DNA of 64,000 nt from Octopus bimaculoides. Taxonomy: Eukaryota. The stretch covers positions 43,813,731 to 43,877,730 of the forward strand of contig NC_068984.1 in the NCBI RefSeq assembly GCF_001194135.2, written 5' to 3'. Position 1 is the stretch's first letter, and every line of letters starts with the position of its first letter. A program made the translations under genes and the position numbers. The notes under the pieces are model-generated. The model saw nothing but the letters and a program-made list of their open reading frames with translations. It searched no databases and was not told where the DNA came from. Of the stretch, positions 49,186 through 63,000 are shown piece after piece.

Positions 49186-52065
49186 ACATATAACCTAAAT
49201 GGAAAGATACGTGGAGAATAAACTCACACATACATTATAATAAATATAAATACTTTATCCCGCCTCCATACGTAGGGAAATCTCTGTATCTGAAATGTGT
49301 ATATAAAATGTTCTCTACACACCTCGCCACCATCAGCAGGCTACTAATTGGACTGTATGGAAACGTTTGTAATTTTAGCAGTGATTAAGAGAGAAAGAGA
49401 AAGAGAGAGAGAGAGAGATAGAGAGAGAAAGAGAAGGAGAGAGAGAAGGAGAGAGTGAAGGAGAGAGAGAGGGATAAAGAGGAGGAGAAAGTCAGATGGA
49501 CATAGATAGGCAATGATTGAGTGAGAGCGTGAGCAAGAAAAAGGTTAAGTTTGTTCGAACTTTCGGCAAGCATCGTTAGTTTCCGGAGATTCAAAAAATT
49601 GTGACAATGCCTGCAGCAGTATAAAAGCCATTAACGTTCCCATATTTTTCATTTTATTACTTACTGATGCCAACGAGGTGCATTTATTTTNNNNNNNNNN
49701 NNNNNNNNNNNNNNNNNNNNNNNNNNNNNNNNNNNNNNNNNNNNNNNNNNNNNNNNNNNNNNNNNNNNNNNNNNNNNNNNNNNNNNNNNNNNNNNNNNNN
49801 NNNNNNNNNNNNNNNNNNNNNNNNNNNNNNNNNNNNNNNNNNNNNNNNNNNNNNNNNNNNNNNNNNNNNNNNNNNNNNNNNNNNNNNNNNNNNNNNNNNN
49901 NNNNNNNNNNNNNNNNNNNNNNNNNNNNNNNNNNNNNNNNNNNNNNNNNNNNNNNNNNNNNNNNNNNNNNNNNNNNNNNNNNNNNNNNNNNNNNNNNNNN
50001 NNNNNNNNNNNNNNNNNNNNNNNNNNNNNNNNNNNNNNNNNNNNNNNNNNNNNNNNNNNNNNNNNNNNNNNNNNNNNNNNNNNNNNNNNNNNNNNNNNNN
50101 NNNNNNNNNNNNNNNNNNNNNNNNNNNNNNNNNNNNNNNNNNNNNNNNNNNNNNNNNNNNNNNNNNNNNNNNNNNNNNNNNNNNNNNNGGAGAAGGAGGG
50201 GAAGATTTAGTTTTGTTTTGTATGAAGTTGCACAAAATAGTTGAGTTAGAAAGCGGAGGGGAGGATACAAGACGAGTTGAAACATATACATAGTATACTA
50301 GGCATGTGAATATACGGATGATGGCCTAGAACCTCGAAGTGGGGCTGATCAATGACTCCCAAAGACCATAATATCACCTTAACCCGAGCTCGAGTTCTTG
50401 CCGAACTGTTATTCATCAATCTGCAGGCATATATTTAGAATATTTCTATTCACACTGATGATATTTGTTATTCCTCTTTCAATAAATTCGCTAGAAAGAG
50501 AACTTCCCGCTTCACCATACTTTCCTTTGAAAGTGGAACTTGAAACAGTTACTTAGAACTTGACTGAACTTTGACTGCCTTCAATCCTTTAGGAGTCAGT
50601 CATAGTGGATCTAGAACTCAATTACCCAACGTGTCCCTCAGGAAAGGCATTATTTTAAAGTTATTTGATATTTAATTCCAGCATCTCCAGTGACCACCTA
50701 TCGTCCTTTTCACAGCTTCCTTTAGTTACATTCAATATTCTTCTCAATTAGAAATTTAAGTGACAAAATTAATTATGATTTTCTACGCATTTTCTTAGTC
50801 ACATCATGGACAACTCGGTCATGGAACGATCTTGTACTTCATTTCTCACGAATGCGTTCCGTTAATTTTCTTCTGTGTCTCCTATTAATAGTAGTTAAAT
50901 CGCGTTAGATAAAAACTAGATTATTTCTTAAAACCATAATATAAAGACCAGATTATTTCTTAAAAACCATAATATAGACAAGAGAGTGAGATGTGTCAAC
51001 TATCCCAACGATCAATGCCTGCACATAACACAAACCAATCAATTTCATAATGGTTACGTAGGTAATGTTATATAGAATTATAAATGTTAGGAAAACAAAA
51101 TGCTTTCCTATTTACTTAGGAAGCATACATATAAATATCAGTTCAGTTATTCCCTTTGATTCAAACAGACCATGGACAAGATAAAGATTGATGGGAAATG
51201 ATGAAACCGGGATTATTTGTAGAAATAGTGAAATAGTGACCGTTAAAGCAAGTTACAGTGGATTCATTAACCACATATGCATAGCTATATCACGTACCTA
51301 AGCCCGATAACCACTTTAAAGCTTATCTCCAGCTTACACAACCTTAAGTGATTGAGATACATCTGCCTCTTCTTTCTGAATAGTAACGTCAGCTTATCAA
51401 CAATTTCGCTCAAAATAATATTTGAACTCATCTCTGTAAGCTAATGAGAGCATTCGCTAGCCTGTTAACAGTTAATAACAGATGTATGAGTGAAGGGAAG
51501 AGGAAGATAAAAAGTGAAGGAGATAAAGAGACGGTGAGAAGGAGGAATTAAAAGTTACTAATTCTAGAAAGTAACATTATACCGACTCAATGGACTAACC
51601 GCTATAACAGCTATCGGGTTATATTTACCAAAATAATTATGTGTTGTTTTAAAAAAGGTATAGAATTAAAATTTCTTTTCATATCACGTCACAAGCAAGA
51701 GCTATATTTCCCTGCTGAAAACCTTAACTCCCCAGTGAAACTGCCCAATTAGTTGTTTATAAGAACGATGGGGCAACTAAAACATAACACTTTAAGTAGT
51801 GGGTTTGTAATATAACAGTCCCCGGTTATAATAAGGAGCACTACAGAGATTGGGATCCAATTTATTCATTATGAATTGCCATGTCCATTAACAAATAGCA
51901 GCAGGCAAGTAGGATTATCAAATAGAATTATTCATATCGTCATATAAAGGATGATCGGAGTGGATGTAACCTGATGACCCGATAAAATAAGTATCCACAA
52001 CACAAATACACACAGAAACACAAACACTGATATGTAGAAGGTATGTATATGTACACACACACACA

Positions 52066-52125
<60 letters not shown>

Positions 52126-52499
52126 NNNNNNNNNNNNNNNNNNNNNNNNNNNNNNNNNNNNNNNNNNNNNNNNNNNNNNNNNNNNNNNNNNNNNNNNNNN
52201 NNNNNNNNNNNNNNNNNNNNNNNNNNNNNNNNNNNNNNNNNNNNNNNNNNNNNNNNNNNNNNNNNNNNNNNNNNNNNNNNNNNNNNNNNNNNNNNNNNNN
52301 NNNTATATATATATATATATCCATCTATCTATCTATCTATCTATCTATCTATTTATCTATCACACGCACACGCACACATCTGCACACACACATGCACACA
52401 CACACTAGAACACACACACACACTACCCCCCCCCACACACACACACACATGAAGATAAATCTGCTCTATATAAGGAGATATGAGCAGCTGAATAGCCAG

Positions 52500-52670
52500 A
52501 AGCTAAGTCGGCAGAATTTTACAAGTTATGCAACACTGATGGATGGATTTATCTGACAGTGTGTCTTCACTCCTTGTGGAGGGCCGATAGCATCCAGCAG
52601 ACTCTTGTGACCTTTTGCAACACTCTGATAGCTTTCTTTCATCTGCTTCTGTCAGTTTTCAGTGGCAGAT
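52500..52670 (-). mobile_element. Dispersed repeat, possibly the 5'/HTH region of a DNA transposon; second copy at 63935-64000
   Basis: tcttcactccttgtggagggccgatagcatccag..tgacctt matches ttcttcacctcttgtggaggactgatagcagccag..tgacctt at the window end. Confidence 0.45.
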
Positions 52671-53169
52671 GATAATGTTAACCATTACACAAAGATTTAA
52701 TCGAGAATCTGTTGTGGTTGAGTATGTCAGTATTTCTATGAGAATATTTGTAAACTCGCGTGTGTGTACGTAAGCGCTATTATATTAACCTATTATAATT
52801 CTGTATCGTAATCAATATTCAGTTAATCACGTGAAGGAAGATGAAAACATTCATTCTAAATATAAGGAAAACAAATATTGACCTTACATTAACAGGAGGT
52901 TACACAGTTTTAAGGGAAGTGATTACGTATTGAATAACATTCTGGGATATTCCTGGTGTTTATCTTACTGACCCCAACTCTAGAGGCAGAGATACCAATG
53001 TCAAATGCTGGTCGATTTGAACTCGGAATGCAACAAATTCGCGCAAAAATTTTAATCAGTCAGTCATTTCGCTGTAATAATATCAACGTAGCAATTTTAG
53101 TGGGAGGGAGTTAGGCGATTCAGTCGGCTCCGGGATGAATGGCAAAGTTGATCTAGGTGGGATTTGAAA

Positions 53170-53800
53170 CCGGTATTTGAAGAGGTTGATGAGAGTTTTC
53201 CCAAACGTTTCAGACGATTCCACCAACCACATCAATTCTTTTATCACAGCTACCAAGCATAGAAACATTTGTCTCTTTTCCTTGTCAAAGAAAGGTGTTG
53301 AGTCGATCTTCACTATAAACTCAGTGGACAGCCGGATTCTTCCTATACGTAACAACTGCTCGACACAAGCCCACAAATTGTTAATGCATGGACACTGGTC
53401 AATGACGTGCATGGTCTCTCTGCATGATTCTCGGACAGATTTAGCTGTTGACGCTTCCATGTTTGAACAGCTCTCATACAACTGTAGTATTGCTATGACA
53501 AAGAATTTTGGAAGTTGTCCACAGTACTCGACCTAAAATTTCTCCAGAAGAGACTATTCAGAATTTTCTCGTCGACGATGCTCACAATCAATCCCAGATG
53601 TTATAACCTTCGAGTTTCCTATTCTCCAAGCAACCTGCATATACTCTCATTCTCCGAATTAGAAGTTTGGCATACAAGGCACAGCTTTCGGAGATCCATT
53701 GACATTCCCTTTTTTTATTATGAAGCTGGATTTCATATTTATAATTTCCACATGCTCCTCTAGCATGGACATTGCAATGGCCAGGTGCCTATGAGGAGGT
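53170..53800 (-). mobile_element. L1/Tx1-clade LINE 3' fragment (zinc-knuckle region)
   Basis: LFWRNFRSSTVDNFQNSLS*Q, then ETMHVIDQCPCINNLWACVEQLLRIGRIRLSTEFIVKI..QMFLCLVAVIKELMW..LINLFKY. This fits the L1/Tx1 ETxxH..CP..xW pattern. It may extend to ~54130. Confidence 0.6.
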
Positions 53801-55809
53801 ATGTTAGTGCCTCCAGACATTGGTCACACAACGTCTCATACATATAGATAAAATCACAAAGTAATGAGAAGTGCAAATTGTTGTAGCCATCTTACTAACT
53901 TTCTGCTCGCTGCTGCAGACAGCGATCACAATCCTATATTATTTTCCTCGGTTAATGCATACTACAGTGATCACACATCCAGACATATCCCGATTTCAAC
54001 GGGGGATGGATATTGTGACTTTCTTTCCGTGTCATTGATGCACTTGTAAATTATGCTTCTTTTTTGGGACACAACATTGCCTCTTCTGCGAGAGATATGA
54101 CTCTAAGGCGAATGTTATCATTTATATAGCTTTAATACAATTCACTTTATTTACCAGAAAATAAGAATTCTGTGGATCTGTGACGTGTGGGAAGAATGCT
54201 TTTATTTTCATGGATTTGTCGTCGTTACAGATGCTGATGTGGTCTTGTTATTGTTTACTTTGCTCCTGTTGTCACTGCAGCTGCTCTTAGCACCATTACT
54301 GTTCTCACTAATGCGCCTGCTGATTATTTTGTTATTGTTGATTTCGTTACTGTTGTTATTGGAGTTGCAGTAGTTCTGTTGTTGTTGCCGTCGTCGCTGT
54401 TGTTGATTTCAGTTCTTTTAGATTCTTAGTTACCTTCAATGGAAGTGTCTCCCGCTATGGGAGACTTGCTGCTGTACTACGGTGAGTAAACTTGTTGATG
54501 TACGAGGTTAGAGGAGGAGTGAATATATTTTCTCCTAAATTCCCTTCACCATTTAAAATTGTTCTGTTTACCTCCTAAAAGGATCTTGCAAGAAAATTTA
54601 TATCCGAAAATGTTATAGAACCGGAAAACACCCGTTCCCTGATTAAAATGAGGTAAAAAATGTTTCAGTGGAAACCTGGATACATCCGCCAAAACAATGA
54701 TTACAACTTTACAACTTCAGCGATAGAAAACGAAAGAAATTTAGGAAAAAAGAAAAAAACTCATCAGTATTGTATCCAGTGAAGATTCTACATACGATGC
54801 CAACAAAAAAATAAAAGAAAGAAAAAAAGAACAACGACAACAACAGTAATAAACATGCCCAGGGTGAATAACAGCATGGACTTGGAAACAATTTCCCATC
54901 ATCAACATATCTAAAAACAAGCTGAAAATTACATTTTTTATGTGTTACATGGGATTATAAACCACTACATATTGCTTAAATAACATACAACACGTGTAAA
55001 AATAGCGAATAAAGAAGCAAAGGAATACAAACAAAACAAAATGAAACAACCGAAAATGAAACCAACGCTATTCAAAAACTAATTAGCTATGTTAATAAAG
55101 CATAGAGTAATAAAAACAATATCTGAATCGCCAATATTCTATGATGAATGCTGTATCATAAGTTTGATGAGAGCCCAGTACGAAACTAATGGAAAAAGCG
55201 CTTCAGAGACTAACTGTAAACAAACATGACCCACCTCATACTACTAGCAGCCAATAAAATACAAGTAACGGATGAAAGAGAGTTTTGGCCCAAGGAACAA
55301 TTTATCAAATAATTAATAGGTATCCATCGTATATCCAACAAACATAAATGTCATAATAAAGGCGTAGGGGTAAGAGAGAAAATAAATCTAAGTACACTAG
55401 CGAAACCTCCCAAAATATAGTAGAAACAGATCTAGAAAAACAAACATACAAATAATGCAGATTGAAAATAAACAAATGTCAACAATCTAAACACATAAGC
55501 ATTTGGAAACTATTGAATGCATCAAAACAGAATGGGGCACTCAAAATTCACCTGAAAAAAAAAAGGCAACACAACAGAAAGGACTATATACAATATAATT
55601 GAGAGCTCAAAAGAAATTGAAAATATTTCAGAAACCCTAGAAAGGAAGTCAGAAATACAAGCAACAAGAAAAAAACAGAAGGCACAGAAAATAGAAAAGA
55701 CACAAATGATGATAACTGTCAAACGAGATTCTTATAGAAACATCTAGCCAAATACGTAGCTACAATAGAAATATACCGTCGGTCCTATACTTCAAAATTA
55801 CACCAACAA

Positions 55810-55938
55810 CAATTCTCTATAATTTCTGTACAAGGCCTGAAAATTAAGGGACGGGACCTAGTCAATTACATCCACCCCAGCGCTCAGTTATTACTTATTT
55901 TACCGACGTGTTAACGATTTTGTCAGCTCGTCGCCTCT

Positions 55939-55987
<49 letters not shown>

Positions 55988-56201
55988 TTGTTTCAAATTT
56001 GGCACAAGACAAGTAATTTTAAGGAGAAGGGGTGATGGTAATCGATTGTATCGACCGCTTTATTTCATTAGTAGTTTATTTTATCGACCTCAGAAGGATG
56101 AAAAGTAAAGTTAACCTCGGCGGGAAACGTAAAGAATCTGATGAAATGTATCTAAGCATTATGTCCAGTGTGCTAACAATTCCGCTACCGTGTTGCTTTG
56201 T

Positions 56202-56233
<32 letters not shown>

Positions 56234-56396
56234 CCATTCTGCTGGAAGCACAAGGCCTCAAATTTAGGGAAAGGGACCATCGACCGCAGTGCGTAACTGG
56301 TACTTATTTAATCGACTCTGAAATGATTAAAGGTAAAGTCGACCTCCGCGGAATTTGATCTCAGAACGTAGCGACAGACGAAACACCGCTAAGCAC
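55810..56396 (-). mobile_element. Three family A SINE copies separated by (AAT)n tracts
   Basis: Copies at ~55810-55940 (internally deleted), ~55985-56195 and ~56235-56396, with (AAT)n at ~55941-55985, ~56203-56232 and 56397-56491. Confidence 0.75.
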
Positions 56397-56490
<94 letters not shown>

Positions 56491-56491
<1 letters not shown>

Positions 56492-56577
56492 GAGTTATTC
56501 ATATAGTAAGTGAATGTAGAATGGTGGCACAGGAAGAATACAACAAAAGACATGACAACCTAGGGAGATTAATCCCT
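56491..56577 (+). mobile_element. R4/Dong-like LINE zinc-knuckle fragment
   Basis: VIHIVSECRMVAQEEYNKRHDNLGRLI matches the pattern ETxxHIxSxCxxLAQxEYxxRHDxV. Confidence 0.75.
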
Positions 56578-56700
56578 AGGGAGAGTAATTGCGTAAAGAC
56601 GGACGAAACGCCGCAAAGCCAACAACTTTGTTACAAGGGAGATAAAACAAATAAGATTTTTGACTAAAAAAAGAATCAAAACGGCTTCCCCTAAACACTA

Positions 56701-56825
56701 ATGGAGTAACAATTCTTCGCTAGACTCGACAGAAAGGTAGTAAATCTAAGTGAAAGCCAACTCTAACTCAAAAGGTCCGGGCTAAAAGCAGAAACAAATA
56801 TGATCTTAGCTGCACAGAACAGCAC
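56701..56825 (+). mobile_element. R4/Dong-like LINE fragment (region upstream of the zinc knuckle)
   Basis: QFFARLDRKVVNLSESQL*LKRSGLKAETNMILAAQ resembles HGQF..SxxWLxxxxLKxETExxIxAAQ. Confidence 0.6.
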
Positions 56826-57445
56826 TGATGCCTTGGTAAAAAAAAAATGAAAAAAAAAAAAATGAAGAAAGAGAAAAAATCATATGGAAGAAAAATGTTG
56901 AAATGAAGAGTAGTCTATGTATTCAGTACAAAGAGATAATTTATCACTTAATTTTCAGTTACTCAGTCCTTTCAAAGGAAAAACATCACGTATTACAAGG
57001 ATAAGTTTCACATAAAATATCCGTTAGAAAATTTGTCTAATCAATGCTTTCCTCTAGTTTTTGTATTTCACGAGCCAGTCCCGTTATCGTTTTGGATCTG
57101 ATTGCATGATATATAAATAAAATAGTTATTATTGCAGCAGTACATTTCTGTCAAGAAATGGATTAAACTTAAAAAGAAGTTAAATTTAAAATTAGAATAC
57201 CAAAGTAGATGGATGTTATAACTGGCACGTAAGACGACCATAATGAGCTTATCAAAAAGACAAGTTCAATATAGCCACTACTTATACAAGCCAAATGCGA
57301 CACATAAATTAAAAAAGAAAACTGAGTCTGGGTTGAATAATCTTTACCAGACTAAATAAGACAGCAGCATCAGCGTTTATTATATGGGAACAAAGCATCA
57401 TAACTAAATATACTGCGCCGAATACTGTCGAACAACATTCATAAC

Positions 57446-57700
57446 TTGTTATTTACGTCGTATATTTTCTGTTGCGATACAAAGCATTGCATCAGGATAT
57501 CTGACAGTTATTCGCATCAAAGAAATTTGAACACACAACCGCGCAACAAAGTTATTTGGCATACAACCCTAACCTTAGGTACAGCTCTGTGCTACTCTAT
57601 GAATCTTTACCAGACTAAAAATATGACCATACGAAGTTGCTTTAGCGTACAGACAGATCCGATAGCACATAGTAAGCCTGACATTTTCAGTGGCAAATAG
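57446..57700 (+). mobile_element. Decayed R4/Dong-like RLE endonuclease fragment
   Basis: The ORF ends TIRSCFSVQTDPIAHSKPDIF, resembling the RLE catalytic stretch ILWDFxIQTDxxIxxxxPDI. Confidence 0.45.
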
Positions 57701-58319
57701 CAATGCCGCGTATTATTAATACGCGGAATAACCATACTGAATACCAAAAACGTAAAGATTCGAGATAAAATGTTAATGAATTTATTGAATTTTCTCTCAA
57801 ATTAAAGACAACAGGGCAGTTAACAAGCGTGTATATCATACTACTTGTTATCTATAGATCTTGATTGATACACAATTTATGTTAACACTCAGACAGGATT
57901 GCCTCTAAGAATAGACACAAGTAAATTCAAGAAAATAGCAACGGGAGGGTCTGTAGACGTTAGTATGGAATTCTCACTATTTTTTATGAACATTATCGAG
58001 TATGTTTTTTTTTTTAAATTGGCTTTGTTGCATGAAAGGCTATTCTTGATGTGTACCAAAAACATTCACAAATCGTGATGAAAGAAAATCTGAAGGAAAT
58101 AGTAAAACAACGTAACTGATTCCTCGTAGAAATATTGGCTGTGTACAACAATTTGAAAATAGGCATCCATATTCTAAAGATCAACAAACTTGACTTCAGA
58201 AAGATAAGTGGATTAAATTGGGAAGATATCAGGCTGCCCTCATCTACAGTAGAAAAACTATCATCCTTATTTGTTCAGCTAACTGCAGAGCGTTACCTGC
58301 GAAAATACTATCTGTACAT

Positions 58320-59005
58320 ATTGGTTTCAAATTTTGGCACAAGGCCAGCAATTATGGCGGAGGGTGCAAGGCGATTACTTCCACCCCAGTACTCAACCGG
58401 AACATATTTCATCGACCACGAAATGATGAAAGGCAAAGTCGACTGCAGCGGAATTTGAACTCAGAACGTAAAGACGGACGAAATGCCGCTAAGCATTTTG
58501 CCCAGCGTTTTGGCTGGCTAACGAATCTACCAGCACACCGCCTTACATTGGTGTATAATATTGATTTTAAAATTTAGCACATGGTCAGCAAGTTCGAGGG
58601 GTTGCAGTAAGTCGATTACAGCGACCCTAGTGCTCAAATGATACTTATTTTATCGACCCTAAAAAGGTAAAGTCGACCTCGGCAGGATTTGGACTCAGAT
58701 CGTAAAGATGGACGAAATATCGATAAGCATTTCGCACAGATGTTCTAATGATTCTGCCAGCTTTGCCGCTTTACATTAATGTATATAATTGGTTTCAAAG
58801 TTTGGCACAAAGCCAGGAATTTTAGGGTAGGGTGCTAGTCAATTACATCGACCCCAGTGTTCAACTGGTACTTAATTTATCGACTTCCAAATGGATGAAA
58901 GGCAAAATCGAGCTCGGCGAAATCTAAACCCAGAACGTGCAGACAGACGGAATGCCGCAAAGCATTTTGGCCGGCGCGCTAACGATTCCGCCAGCTCACC
59001 GTCTT
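58320..59005 (-). mobile_element. Tandem array of three family A SINEs, ~230-240 bp period
   Basis: Units at ~58320-58544, ~58561-58771 and ~58789-59005, each followed by a similar short linker. Confidence 0.85.
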
Positions 59006-59695
59006 AATATTGATGTATAATACTGAAAGTAGTTTATTGAGCATAGTGACCTAGGTCTCCTTATGCAGACAATATTGTTACTTAAGCAGTAAGAATACTA
59101 TAATAGTAACATTACATTAACAACCACAACACTTTATATGTTTCTGAGTATGTACGTATACATTCAGACAAAAATACGAAGTCTAGTTTTAAAAGTGATT
59201 TCAGTTTGCTTTTAGAAACTGCGTAATTATTCACTTAATTATTTTGGGCTATTTTCTTCACGGTTATTATTTGCGCTATTTAGCAACTGATGTTAAAAGA
59301 AACTGACCGGAATATAGACATGTCTGTCTCACTCGCCTGTCAGCACTGTTTCATTTTTGACTGCTTTTAAAGAAATGGTTTAACAGATGAACATGTAACA
59401 TTTTCAGACATTAGACATCTGGTGTGTGTAACGGTATGTTCTATTATAGACCATCTGCTGACTGTAACTTCAGGTACACATTATAGAAAAACAGATGCAA
59501 ATTATCTGTAAACGATGAATTCTCATCAGGTAATCTCGAAAGATCTTCGAATCTGTCAAACATGAGATCCGAAGCATGATATACCGACAAATTGGTTATG
59601 GTGTTTCATAATTTGCTTTTAAAATAAATTCATGCTTACATATTTCACATCGACATGCACAAACGCTAGTACACACACACACACACACACACACT

Positions 59696-59740
<45 letters not shown>

Positions 59741-60156
59741 TTTGTGTATGAGTGTGTGAGCGTACATGTATATGGGTGTGCGTATGTGTATGTATGTACG
59801 TGCGTGCGTGCGTTCGTGCGTGTGTGTGTGTGTGTGTGCGTGTGCGTGTGTGTGTGTGTATGTGTGTGTGTGTGTGTCTATGCGTGTCTATGCGTGTTTG
59901 TGCTTGTGCAATATGCATTACATATCCTCTGGGTTCAGCTTGTAGAGGTGGAAGCCAGTATAATGGGTTGATGAGTGATTAAACAAAAATTAGTTAAGCA
60001 TAAGGAAGATTTGGCTTCGGCAGCTAAATAAGTTATAGATGACGGTTCTTTAGCGAAGATTTCAGAAACATAACGAGGAACGAGAAAAATGTTTTTATTT
60101 ATGACTCATCAGCAGATTACGACTCCTTTTTGTAATACTATTTCATGTCCACAGAT

Positions 60157-60189
<33 letters not shown>

Positions 60190-62435
60190 CGCGCACGCAC
60201 GCACGCATGAATCTTAAAATCATCATCCTTCCGTTAATTTCGTTTCCTATTTTACTTTCTTAATTATTGTGCTGATATTTCCGATGACTGAGGGGACTGA
60301 CTTTTTTATGAAGCATGCTTCTGCACATGATGAACTTGGTAAACAGAGTGGAATGTTTTTGTCGTTTTTTCCGTTTTTGTCATTTGTCTTCATTTTACGA
60401 TGTTCTTGTTCGAGGTGGTTTGATATCAGTTTTGCACTCAACTGTTCGTTCTACCCAGGTTTTCAAGCTGATTGCGGTCTTTTATGCAGTTTCTTTGAAC
60501 TGATCCTAGCGACGTCACAAAGAGGATCTAGGGTGTCTTCTGTTGATGAACATTATGGCAAATATGTTAGTATTACTCTTAAGGTACACATGGCTTTTAT
60601 CTCTGGGCTGATATTTAATGATGTTGGCTTCGTTATTATTAGCTTATGTTTTCTCAAGTTCTGCAAAACTAGCGACGCATTCATACCATGCGATATTCAT
60701 GAGTGAAATATGTTTCTGCTGGCGAAAGCGCTCAAGTTTCTTGATGTCACGACAATAGACGATTTATGTTTTCTAGCCACAGAATTATAGAGGAAAACGA
60801 AGTCTCCTTGATAAACCATGCATTTCATCTGTTTAAAGTTTGTTTTCTGAAGGCGATGTAGGATCTAATACGATTTACCTGCTCTGATCGATCAATTGTC
60901 CAACGCTAGCAGAGTGGACACATACCCTACCTCTTAAATTAAATTTCATATACCGAGACACATATGAATTTTAGGTAACAGAGTTTGTAAACATTCGAGG
61001 ATGCAAAAACAGAGGTAAAACCTTCCTTAAGCAGGTCAACTTTAAAGCAAATTCAAGGTAGTTAAATACGTAATCGGAGGACGAGAGGCGTAAATTATAA
61101 GGTGTAGATAACGAGCACAAATCGACAAATAATAATAATATATAATTATTCGGCGTAGATATATCATAGTGGTCTGCATGAAACAAATTACTCTAGGCTT
61201 GGCAATATATAGCATTAATGCCCCTGAAAAATACATAGTTATTCTCATACCACTATTTACCAAAGAACTCAAAACTTGGAAGCTTAAAGTAATTTATAAT
61301 TTAATGCGAAATTATGAATATTAACTGAATTAAAAATAACCTGAGGCAAACTTCCTAAAATAAAAATATACTTTATACTATAATTTTGATTTAGTACCAC
61401 ACAGGCGCAAACATAATTCTGTAGATTACAGTTATAATGAATATTTAATTACTTCCTGTTCTTACCAGCATCCCATGAATATTATATGTCTCCAAGAAAT
61501 ATGAGTTATTACAAACGCACAGAGAAACACACACATATATATATTCATTGTTGGTCTTGGCTTTCTTCAGTGTGTAATACTCACACACACGCACACATAC
61601 ACACACATACGCGCGCGCGCGCGTACACATGCTTACACATAAATGGTGGAAGTTAGCTTGCATCCAAATACAATTTACTTGAATGCTACCACGAAACACA
61701 CAATGTGAAGAGAACGGCCAGCAGCCGGCTTGCTGGCCAGTTTCAGTATTAAGCAAGCTTTGTTTAGAGTATGTTTTAGGTCCTTCCTCATGGGCAGTAC
61801 TCTCTCTTCTCTGGTGAGTCATCCAGTCGAATATCTCCATCGCAATAGTTTCGAAAAGAAGTAACCAATATGCCAAACCACCTACATGCAAATGTGCCAG
61901 TGTATACTTCCACTTGGGCAAACCTGTATGTTCCACTACTTCCCATCACTGCAAAGTTTTTTTTTCCGTACCGTATTTTCCAAGAAATCGTGTTCTGATG
62001 CATGAAATTAATTATAATACGTAAAACGAGCATTGAGCTGCATTCACTTTTCTTCTAAAGTAAAACAGTTTTTTTTTTATCCCGGTTGCACCGCATAGGC
62101 TGGCATGAGTGGAACTTCGTCAGGTCTGCCACTCCCACATGNNNNNNNNNNNNNNNNNNNNNNNNNNNNNNNNNNNNNNNNNNNNNNNNNNNNNNNNNNN
62201 NNNNNNNNNNNNNNNNNNNNNNNNNNNNNNNNNNNNNNNNNNNNNNNNNNNNNNNNNNNNNNNNNNNNNNNNNNNNNNNNNNNNNNNNNNNNNNNNNNNN
62301 NNNNNNNNNNNNNNNNNNNNNNNNNNNNNNNNNNNNNNNNNNNNNNNNNNNNNNNNNNNNNNNNNNNNNNNNNNNNNNNNNNNNNNNNNNNCTATCTATC
62401 TCTCTGTCTGCCTGTCTGTCCATCCGTCAGTTTGC

Positions 62436-62502
<67 letters not shown>

Positions 62503-62897
62503 ACTATCTGCCTGCCTGTCTGTCTGTACGTTTGCCTGTCTGTCTGCATGTCCATCTGTCTATCTCTCTAAATACACGCACAGGCATACACACACAAATA
62601 TATACATACATACACACACATAAATTATATATATATATGTATTTTGAATGCAATGTGTATGTATCTGTGTGTATGAAAACAACACTCATACACGTTTACT
62701 CATACCCACACACACACATAAAAGCTACACCGATCGCTACCCAGAGAGTATGACTTTGTAGCATTTTCTGTCTTCACTTATTGCGTTGTACTTTGATATA
62801 GTCGCGACCAACTACAAACTCGTTCAAGTTTCCCGTTAGTGTTACAGTTCAACAGACATGATGTTACACAGGATTAGGATAAGGACACACGTTTACG

Positions 62898-63000
62898 AGT
62901 GCAACGTGAAATAAAGTGTTTCGCTTAAGAACATAAAGCGACGCTCTATCCTGGAATTGAACCCACAATCTCATGATCGTGATACAGATATCCTTACCCA
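62898..63000 (-). mobile_element. Family G SINE head fragment
   Basis: gagtgcaacgtgaaataaagtgtttcgcttaagaac..ggaattgaacccacaatctcatgatcgtga; the B box reads GGTTCAATTCC on the minus strand. Confidence 0.6.

Noticed and set aside
60269-60706. 145-aa hydrophobic ORF
   Set aside because: No recognisable family; the composition is consistent with the antisense of an A-rich decayed TE.
61445-62033. Overlapping minus ORFs with hints of piggyBac, Tc1 or L1 motifs
   Set aside because: Different frames suggest mutually incompatible families, none convincingly. It is probably a TE relic but needs a profile search.
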